Assembly: GCA_049322915.1 (NCBI GenBank)
Contig: JBMOPW010000045.1
Location: forward strand, 116,203 to 180,202
Origin: Candidatus Zhuqueibacterota bacterium
GTDB lineage: Bacteria; Zhuqueibacterota; Zhuqueibacteria; Thermofontimicrobiales; Thermofontimicrobiaceae
DNA: 64,000 bases
Direction of reading: 5' to 3'
This document shows, piece by piece, positions 32,175 to 39,609 of the stretch; positions within the stretch are counted from its first letter, which is position 1, and every line of letters begins with the position of its first letter. A program made the position numbers and the translations under genes. A model generated the notes under the pieces. That model had not been told where the DNA came from and did no database searches. It saw nothing but the letters and a program-made list of their open reading frames with translations.

Positions 32175-33683
32175 TCAACTATTGGGATTTTGTTTTAGCT
32201 TTCTCCTCAAAATCTGACCTATCTTATTTCGCGGTAGTTCATTGTAAAATTTTATGACCTGTGGACATTTATAAACCGGCATGTGATTTTTGCAAAACTC
32301 GATGATCTCGTGGACAGTGACTGTTTCGTTCTTCTTCAGCACAAGGCAGGCGGCAACATCTTCCTTATGGTCCGGATGAGGGATGGAAATCACTGCCGCG
32401 TCTTTGATTTTTGGGTGATTCAGCAACACGTCTTCAATTTCTTTGGTGTAAATTAAAAAGCCGCTTTTGACGATGACGTCGGACTTCTTTTCGCCGATGT
32501 AAATATAGCCCAGCTCATCCTTCTTGCCCAGATCGCCGGTGTACAACCACCCATTTTTCAATCGTTTTGACATGAGATCGGTGTCGTTCCAATATCCCTT
32601 CAGCACGTCCTGGCTCAGAATCGCCACTTCGCCAATGACATTCGGTTCCACTTCATCGCCGCGGGCGTTGTGAATTTGAATCTCCAGTCCGGCGAGCGGA
32701 ACGCCCACGGAATCGTTACGGACGTCCAGGGACGGATGATTTGAACAGACGATGCCGCCGCTTTCAGTGAGACCGTAGCAATTCAATAGCGGCACGTTGA
32801 ACCGATTTTTGAAGTCCGATGCTAACTGGTCCGGGACGGGAGTCCACGACGAGAGGCAGAATTTTAGCGATTGGCCTTTTAAAATTTGTGGATCAATTTT
32901 TAATAACGAGGCGTAAACGTCGGCGCTTGCCACAAGCACGGTCGTGCCGGTCTGGTCAATTTCACGGGCAATTTTTTCATAATCGAGTTTTGCATGCAGC
33001 ACAACCGAACTCCCCAGCGAGAGAGCGCTATTCAAAATAATGTTCTGGCATGAAATCAGAAACAGAGGAAGGATTGCGCCGAACACATCGTCGCCGGTGA
33101 ATCGGAAAAAATCGGCCGTGCGGTTTGCGCTGGCGGATAAATTCCGATAGCTCAGCTCCACGCCGACCGGCAATTCGGACATTCCGGACGTGTATTGAAT
33201 CACCGCCACATCATCGGCATTCATCCCGCTGAAAACAAAGTCCGGGGCCGACGAGGCGATCAATTCGATGAGATTGAATTCTGCGCTATTGGATGTTTTC
33301 CCCAGGCAAATCAAAATCGGTTTCATTTCACCCCAGTCCCGGACCTGGTCAATGGCCTGAGTAAAGCCTTCCCAACAGATAATGGCGCGGGGATTGAGGT
33401 TTTTTAAAACGTGATTGAGGTCGTCTTTTTCCAGGGTGTAATTAATGGGACTGATGATGGCTCCGATTTTGAGAGCGGCGTAATAGCTGAATATGAAATG
33501 TGGTAAGTTGGGCATCAGAAGGGCGATGCGATCGCCGCGTTTAAGCCCGATTCCTGAAAGGCCGTTGGCTAATTTATTGGTGATTTCGTCGACCTGGGCG
33601 TACGTGATGGTATGTTCATTGAAAATGATGGCTGTTTTATTGGGTAATTCCTGAGCGATTTTTTTATATTTCTCAATTAACAT
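32175..33683 (-). CDS. AMP-binding (long-chain acyl-CoA ligase-like) protein with degenerate catalytic motifs
   Basis: GLKRGDRIALLMPN, QYTSG, YGLTE and GWLYTGDLG mark the ANL superfamily. Confidence 0.88.
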   Translation of the reverse strand: MLIEKYKKIAQELPNKTAIIFNEHTITYAQVDEITNKLANGLSGIGLKRGDRIALLMPNLPHFIFSYYAALKIGAIISPINYTLEKDDLNHVLKNLNPRAIICWEGFTQAIDQVRDWGEMKPILICLGKTSNSAEFNLIELIASSAPDFVFSGMNADDVAVIQYTSGMSELPVGVELSYRNLSASANRTADFFRFTGDDVFGAILPLFLISCQNIILNSALSLGSSVVLHAKLDYEKIAREIDQTGTTVLVASADVYASLLKIDPQILKGQSLKFCLSSWTPVPDQLASDFKNRFNVPLLNCYGLTESGGIVCSNHPSLDVRNDSVGVPLAGLEIQIHNARGDEVEPNVIGEVAILSQDVLKGYWNDTDLMSKRLKNGWLYTGDLGKKDELGYIYIGEKKSDVIVKSGFLIYTKEIEDVLLNHPKIKDAAVISIPHPDHKEDVAACLVLKKNETVTVHEIIEFCKNHMPVYKCPQVIKFYNELPRNKIGQILRRKLKQNPNS

Positions 33684-33924
33684 GCTTCGTTTTAAACCCC
33701 TCCAAAATTTTTATCCGTTATAGTATAAAAAAAAAATGTCAAAATCAAGTTTTTTTTAAAACAAGGGCGCCCCCCAAATTCAATGTGAATTTTTCAAGTC
33801 CCTGTATTTCAAAGGAGCGAAATGGCAGCCGGCCGATTTTGCAGGCATCCACCTTCCGAATCAGGAATCCCGTTGCCGGTGACGCGCACTGAATTTCGGG
33901 CGTGACAGAATCGCAATTTTTACC

Positions 33925-33953
33925 TTGACTTTATTGAATTGCTCGTTTATATT
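33925..33953 (+). promoter_or_regulatory. Sigma70 promoter of the CHAT-STAND-TPR gene
   Basis: TTGACT-17 nt-TATATT about 80 bp upstream of ATG 34032. Confidence 0.6.
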
Positions 33954-34031
33954 GTGACCAATTCTCATTTCACTTTGCCCGTAACCCACCTTAAAATCTG
34001 TCAAAGCTCAATCCAGGGAGGCGATCCAGCC

Positions 34032-37000
34032 ATGTCGCTATTTCTTGATATCCTCATGGAACTTGTACCTGAAATGCTGTTCCGCGCGATCAAAGACTAC
34101 ATCGACATCCGCAAAGGGGAGTTGAAAGATTCTGCCTTTGAAAAATTTTACCGAACCTTAGTCGTTTCGTTCATCGACACGCAAAAGGGATTGGACCAGG
34201 GGCAGGCAAAGAAATTTTTCGCCAGCGATGCCGCGCTCGATGGCGTGCTGGCGTATCTCTATCGCTTCACCGATCCTGATGCGGCGATTCGTGACAAATG
34301 CCAGCAGGCACTGTGTAGTCTGGCAGATCGATATAAAATCTCAGGCGACGCGAAATTTCCGACTGAAAAATTGGTGCAACGCTTTTTAGTTGATCTCGAA
34401 ACCGAGCTGCGCCACGATGTCAATAAATCGCTGCTGCCCTTTTTCACTGATCTTCGGGATGACCATGCCAGAATCGTGCAGAAGCTGGATAGCCTGACCG
34501 AACAGATCGAAGCGGATCGCCAGGCGCGTGAGCAACGCGCCACCCAGATCGATGCCAGCGGCGAAAAAGTGACGGTTCATGGGCAATTGATTTACGATTC
34601 CAGGGAAAAGCCTGAGCCACAACTACCCCTGCCCGTCATTCATTGCACGCTTGAAGCCATCGATAAAGACAATGACCGCTATCGCTCCGTTATTACCAAC
34701 GATAAAGGCAAGGAACTCCACAAACACAATTTCACGCTCAAACGCGACGATGTCTTTCTGCTCAATGCCAATCACTGGCTGGAACATGATGGTTTGCAGG
34801 ATTATCGCAGCCAGATCAAAATTGATTCGAACAGGACGTTTACCCAGCGCGTGGGGAATCATTATTTTGAACTGATTATGGGCGGAAATGGGACGCTGAA
34901 GAAACATCTCAACACCAATGGTGAATTGGAACGTGGCTTTCAATTTATGTTGGAACTCGATCCCGAAGCTGAATTGCTGTGGCAGGCGCCGTGGGAATTT
35001 CTGCACGATAGCGAGGAGTTTTTGGGACTGTCGGGCAAAGTGCACCTGGTGCGGACGCCTCTCGGCGCGGGCGCGCTGGCGGTCAAGCCCATTCCCCAGC
35101 CGCTGAGAATTCTGGTCGTGATCTCCAATCCTGCGGATAAGGGCGAGTTCGATGGTGAGCGGGCGCTGTCATCGATTCAGGAAGCCGTGGATTACGCGCG
35201 GCGCAATGGCTGGGTCGAGCTGGAATATCTGGAGGATGCCACATTTCTCAATTTTCAGCAGCGACTGGCAGCGTTTCAGCCGCATGTCGTGCATTACATC
35301 GGTCATGGCGGCAGGAATCCCGACGATAAAAAATCGATCAAATCCCCTTATTCAGGCATGCCTGGCGAAACCTACCTCGCGTTTGAAAATGAGAACGGCG
35401 ATCTCGATCCCCTCTATGGCAAGCATCTGCAACAATTGTTGGCAAACGCATCATCGGTGCAACTGCTGGTGTTATCGGGCTGCATGACGGGACAGACGGC
35501 TGCCACCGATGCGCTGGCTGGCGTGGGAACTGCCTTGCTCAGGGAACAACTTCCCGCGCTGGTGGTGATGCAGTATTCGGTGCTGGTGGATACCGCCATC
35601 CAATTTGCCAAAATATTTTACGAGCGAATCAGTAGCGGCAAGCGGCTGAGCCAGGCGCTGACCGAAGTGCGCCAGGTTTTGGCAAAGGGACGTGAACATC
35701 GGGCCGACTGGGGCATTCCTGCGCTGTATCTTCGTTCGGCAGAACTGCAGCTCATCGATCCCAGGGCGAAAAAGCGGGAACCCGAAATCACGGTCGAGCG
35801 CACCGCCATCGGCGATCTGCCCGTAGTGGCAGGATTTGTGGGAAGAGTGAAAGAACTGCGGCGCTTGCGGGAGACCGTGAAACATCCCCAGCAGCCTGTG
35901 ATCTACATCTGGGGACTGGGCGGCATCGGCAAGACCAGCCTCACGGCCAAGCTCATCGAAAAGCTGGAACAGGAACACGCTATTGACGCAAGGCGGGTGA
36001 TTCGCTGCAACGAAATCGAGCCGACCTTTGCTGCAATAGCTCAAAAGGTTGGCGATTTCATTAAATTGCAAGGGATGGCAGGACATGCCGAGGCAGGCAT
36101 CATGCTGCAGGATAGCCGCTACGATATCGAGACCAGGGTTTCCCTGCTCAACCAGGTCATCAAAGATCGGCGCTGCCTGTTCGTGTTCGATAATTTCGAA
36201 TCCCTGTTCAGCGAAAAAATCCCGCAGGTGGGACGGCTGAACGATCCCGAGCTGGAAACGTTTTTCCAGACGCTGTTCAGCCATAACTGGCGCAGCACCT
36301 TTTTGTTCACCTGCCGCTACCAGTGGAATCTGTTGCTGGAAGAGCCAGGCATGCACCGCTACGCCTGCGGCTTGCCCCGCGCCAATGCGCTGGTGCTGCA
36401 GTTGCAGGGACTCTCGCCTGCGCAGACCCGCATGTTGATGAAGAACCTGCCCGCGCTGGGCAAACTGACGTTCATTGAACAGACCCAGGTGCTGCCGCTG
36501 GTGTTGGGACATCCCCATACCGTGCATCTTTTTGACGCCTATCTTGGTCAATATGGATTAAAATCAGTGTTGCAGGATGATGAAATTACCCGCCGTAGAG
36601 ACGTTACATGTAACGTCTCTACACCAACCGAAATTATCCAAAATTTGGGCGCCTATTTCCTCGATGGTCTCTGGGCAAAATTGAACGAACAGGAACGGGA
36701 TATCCTGGGCCTGTTGTCCGTGTTCCGCACCAGCCTGGCCGAGGACGGCTTGCGGCAACTGGCGCCCGATTTAGCCGCGCTGACGACGCTGCGCAACTAC
36801 TCCCTGGTGCAACGCATGACCAGCGATACAGAGACCCGCCCTGACTACGGCGTGCACCCTGTGGTGCGCGGCTATGTGGATCGCAAATTCAGCGCGGAGC
36901 AGATGAAAGCATATCACATGGCTGCGGTGGATTTTTATGTGGCGCAACAGGCAGCCAGATTTCCAAAATCAGATAAGATTGATCAATGGACGCCCGCACT

Positions 37001-37997
37001 ATTAGCCCAGATAGCCGAACTCGCCGCTCAACAGGGCAATACCCCGCTGGCGCTGAGCCTGACCGAGGGCTTGCTGGAAATGCACCATCATCTGTTTGCG
37101 GCTGGGGAGTATGAACAGGCTGGCGCTTTGGTAACAGATTTTTATGATTTTCTTGCAATGATTGGTCGCCGTGAAGTCGCTAAAAATCTGCTGCGCCAGA
37201 GCATTGCTTCACGAGAAGGATTCAACAAATACGTCGCCATGGGCAACCTGGCGACGCTGCTGAAAAACGAAGGCAAATGGCAGGAGGCGCTGGCGACGCA
37301 TCAGGAATGTATTGACTATTTCGATAAAGAAGATGCAAAACAGCAAATGGCTCAGGTTTTAAGCCAGCAGGCGCAAATCTACCAGGAACGCGGCGAGTAT
37401 GAGCAGGCGCTGGAGCTGGAGCGGAAGGCGATTGAAATTAAGGAAGAAATAAAAGATGAAACTGTCGTTATTCAATACTACCGCATTGCGCAACTGCTGG
37501 ATAGAATGGAACGCTACGACGAGGCGCTGACCGCAGGCGAAACCGCGCTGGCAAAAGTCCGCCAGATCAGCAATGCCCAATTGGAAGCCGCCTGCCTGCA
37601 CCAGCTCGGCATGACGCTGAACAAGCTCAACCGACCGCAGCAGGCGTTTGAGCGATTTCAGGAGAGTTTACAAATCACAGAAAGACTCGGCGACCGCGCA
37701 GGGCAGGCGGATACGCTGGGAGAGATGGGAAAATTATTATTGAATACTGGACAATTTGATGCGGCTATTCATCTATTTCAAAAGGCAATTGAGATTTATT
37801 TCGAGCAAAACAATCCTGTCAAAGCTGCCATTGTTTTGGAAGCAATTGGATTCACTTTCGAACAACAAGGTCATTTTCAGGAAGCCCTGGAAAAGTATCA
37901 GGAGGCACTGCGGTTGTTTAAGCAATATAGCCATGCAGGAGATGTGGCTGGTACAGAAAGAAATATTGCACGGGTTAAAGCGAAACTGGGGCGGTAG
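34032..37997 (+). CDS. CHAT (caspase-like) domain + STAND/NB-ARC-like NTPase + TPR repeat protein
   Basis: APWEFL, LRILVVISNP, HYIGHGG and LVLSGC (His/Cys dyad), W-GIPALY; Walker A GLGGIGKTS; Walker B LFVFDNFE; winged-helix YGVHPVVR; multiple C-terminal TPRs. Start set to ATG 34032 (GGAGG RBS). Confidence 0.9.
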   Translation: MSLFLDILMELVPEMLFRAIKDYIDIRKGELKDSAFEKFYRTLVVSFIDTQKGLDQGQAKKFFASDAALDGVLAYLYRFTDPDAAIRDKCQQALCSLADRYKISGDAKFPTEKLVQRFLVDLETELRHDVNKSLLPFFTDLRDDHARIVQKLDSLTEQIEADRQAREQRATQIDASGEKVTVHGQLIYDSREKPEPQLPLPVIHCTLEAIDKDNDRYRSVITNDKGKELHKHNFTLKRDDVFLLNANHWLEHDGLQDYRSQIKIDSNRTFTQRVGNHYFELIMGGNGTLKKHLNTNGELERGFQFMLELDPEAELLWQAPWEFLHDSEEFLGLSGKVHLVRTPLGAGALAVKPIPQPLRILVVISNPADKGEFDGERALSSIQEAVDYARRNGWVELEYLEDATFLNFQQRLAAFQPHVVHYIGHGGRNPDDKKSIKSPYSGMPGETYLAFENENGDLDPLYGKHLQQLLANASSVQLLVLSGCMTGQTAATDALAGVGTALLREQLPALVVMQYSVLVDTAIQFAKIFYERISSGKRLSQALTEVRQVLAKGREHRADWGIPALYLRSAELQLIDPRAKKREPEITVERTAIGDLPVVAGFVGRVKELRRLRETVKHPQQPVIYIWGLGGIGKTSLTAKLIEKLEQEHAIDARRVIRCNEIEPTFAAIAQKVGDFIKLQGMAGHAEAGIMLQDSRYDIETRVSLLNQVIKDRRCLFVFDNFESLFSEKIPQVGRLNDPELETFFQTLFSHNWRSTFLFTCRYQWNLLLEEPGMHRYACGLPRANALVLQLQGLSPAQTRMLMKNLPALGKLTFIEQTQVLPLVLGHPHTVHLFDAYLGQYGLKSVLQDDEITRRRDVTCNVSTPTEIIQNLGAYFLDGLWAKLNEQERDILGLLSVFRTSLAEDGLRQLAPDLAALTTLRNYSLVQRMTSDTETRPDYGVHPVVRGYVDRKFSAEQMKAYHMAAVDFYVAQQAARFPKSDKIDQWTPALLAQIAELAAQQGNTPLALSLTEGLLEMHHHLFAAGEYEQAGALVTDFYDFLAMIGRREVAKNLLRQSIASREGFNKYVAMGNLATLLKNEGKWQEALATHQECIDYFDKEDAKQQMAQVLSQQAQIYQERGEYEQALELERKAIEIKEEIKDETVVIQYYRIAQLLDRMERYDEALTAGETALAKVRQISNAQLEAACLHQLGMTLNKLNRPQQAFERFQESLQITERLGDRAGQADTLGEMGKLLLNTGQFDAAIHLFQKAIEIYFEQNNPVKAAIVLEAIGFTFEQQGHFQEALEKYQEALRLFKQYSHAGDVAGTERNIARVKAKLGR
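36595..36622. repeat. Perfect 28-bp GTAG-type palindrome inside the coding sequence
   Basis: GTAGAGACGTTACATGTAACGTCTCTAC equals its own reverse complement; it reads (R)RDVTCNVST in frame. Confidence 0.92.
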
Positions 37998-38020
37998 GGC
38001 AAATTGGCAATTTGCGTTAC
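37994..38020. repeat. Degenerate GTAG-type REP-like palindrome overlapping the stop codon
   Basis: GTAGGGCAAATTGGCAATTTGCGTTAC; core GCAAATTG-G-CAATTTGC; the TAG of GTAG is the gene's stop codon. Confidence 0.65.
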
Positions 38021-38040
38021 GTTTGTTGCAGGAGTCATTT

Positions 38041-38880
38041 TCGTCCCAAAGGGACGACTGATAATAGCCCATCCCGATTGATCGGGATGGGATCAAAAAG
38101 GATAAAGGTATTTTCAAAGTCCCGTCAGGGACGAATGAATAACAATGCAACAAAACATCCCACGTTGCGGAATTATGTTTCGACAAAATTCATTCGTCCC
38201 TACGGGACTTGGGCTTGGGCGTGGTCTTTCATCTCTTTTCCCAAGAATAAATTCTTGGGCTATTGTCAAATGTCCCTGTTGGACAAAATGAAAACAACCC
38301 ATTGATGTGTCAACGGGATTTGTTCGTCCCAAAGGGACGGAATGAAAATAGCCCATCCCGATTGATCGGGATGGGATCAAAAAGGATAAAGGTATTTTCA
38401 AAGTCCCGCCAGGGACGAATGAATAACAATGCAACAAAACATCCCACGTTGCGGAATTATGTTTCGCCAAAATTCATTCGTCCCTACGGGACTTGGGCTT
38501 GGTCTTTCATCTCTTTTCCCAAGAATGAATTCTTGGGCTATTGTCAATTGTCCCTGCGGGACAAAATGAAAACAACCCATTGATGTGTCAACGGGATTTG
38601 TTCGTCCCGAAGGGACGGAATGAAAATAGCCCATCCCGATTGATCGGGATGGGATCAAAAAGGATAAAGGTATTTTCAAAGTCCCGCCAGGGACGAATGA
38701 AATAATGATATGATGAAAATGATTGATTCGTGATGATGCCGCCAAAATTCATTCGTCCCTACGGGACTTGGGCGTGGTCTTTCATCTCTTTTCCCAAGAA
38801 TAAATTCTTGGGCTATGGTCAATCGTCCCTTTGGGATGGAATGAAAATAGCCCATCCCGATTGATCGGGATGGGATCGAA
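38041..38880. repeat. Array of alternating inverted three-hairpin elements (REP/REPIN/BIME-like), about 3.3 tandem units
   Basis: Unit starts TCGTCCC at 38041, 38324, 38602 and 38823. Hairpin CCCATCCCGAT-TG-ATCGGGATGGG at 38068, 38352, 38630 and 38851. Hairpin CCCAAGAAT-nn-ATTCTTGGG occurs three times. Many GTCCC-N3/4-GGGAC mini-hairpins. Confidence 0.95.
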
Positions 38881-38940
38881 AAGAATGAAAACAATAACCA
38901 TCGAAAAATTATTCATATAAAAAATAGGAAGGAAAATAAC

Positions 38941-39393
38941 ATGGCACATTCCTATGTGAGCATATTAATCCATTACATCTTCAGCACCAAACATCGGGAA
39001 AAAAATATCTCTCCTGAAATTCAAGATCGCGTTTGGGCATACATGGGCGGGATTGCACGGGAAAACAATATGAAAGCATTATCCATCGGCGGCGTCGAAG
39101 AACACGCACATGTTTTGTTATCGTTACCGGCGACAATTTCTATTTCCAAAGGCGTGCAACTCATCAAAGGCGGTTCGTCCAAATGGATTCATGATACGTT
39201 TCCGACACTTAATGAATTTGTTTGGCAAGTTGGATATGGCGCTTTCAGCGTGAGTATTTCTCATGTTGATGAAACGATCAACTATATTGAAAATCAAAGA
39301 GAGCATCATCGACACAAAACTTTTCAGGAAGAATATTTGGCGTTTTTGAAGAAGCACGCTTTTGAATATGATGAAAACTATATCTGGGGATAA
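38941..39393 (+). CDS. tnpA: HUH/Y1 tyrosine transposase (IS200/IS605 TnpA-like, probably REP-associated RAYT-type)
   Basis: 150 aa; HYIFSTKHR, HUH motif EEHAHV, KGGSSKW, WQVGYGAFSVS and catalytic YIENQ; no tnpB follows. Confidence 0.93.
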   Translation: MAHSYVSILIHYIFSTKHREKNISPEIQDRVWAYMGGIARENNMKALSIGGVEEHAHVLLSLPATISISKGVQLIKGGSSKWIHDTFPTLNEFVWQVGYGAFSVSISHVDETINYIENQREHHRHKTFQEEYLAFLKKHAFEYDENYIWG

Positions 39394-39423
39394 CGTGCAA
39401 TTGACTCAACCTGACTCCCTGAT

Positions 39424-39510
39424 CGCTGGAACTACATTCAGCGCGGGCAATAGCTGGGACGTATGTCCCCGAATCGGCGCACCGTTCGGGATGAATATCC
39501 CAAACGATCG
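39424..39510 (+). repeat. Dispersed ~90-bp three-hairpin element, copy 2
   Basis: CGCTGGA-ACTACA-TTCAGCG...GGGAC-GTAT-GTCCC...CGTTCGGGATGAATATCCCAAACGATCG, 30 bp after the Y1 gene stop. Confidence 0.85.
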
Positions 39511-39543
39511 AGAGGCCGCTGGCAGAGGCGTGTTCCACGGATG

Positions 39544-39582
39544 AACGAAGGTCCTCACCCTGATGGCGAGGGCCTTCGTTTT
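39544..39582. terminator. Terminator between convergent genes
   Basis: AACGAAGGTCCTC...GAGGGCCTTCGTT followed by TT. Confidence 0.7.
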
Positions 39583-39609
39583 ATGTGGATTAAATTATGG
39601 AGGAAGGAG

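Noticed and set aside
38041..38880. CRISPR array
   Set aside because: Units are 220-283 bp, elements alternate in orientation, two of the three spacers are near-identical, and no cas genes are in the window.
37756..38894. Short ORFs over the array (38012-38305, 38114-38470, 38263-38583, 38398-38745, 38676-38894, 37773-38186)
   Set aside because: They are translations of the palindromic repeats on both strands, with no RBS or recognisable domain.
38941..39600. IS605/IS200 element with tnpB and omega-RNA
   Set aside because: No TnpB or IscB ORF follows the Y1 gene; a repeat, a terminator and a convergent gene come next.
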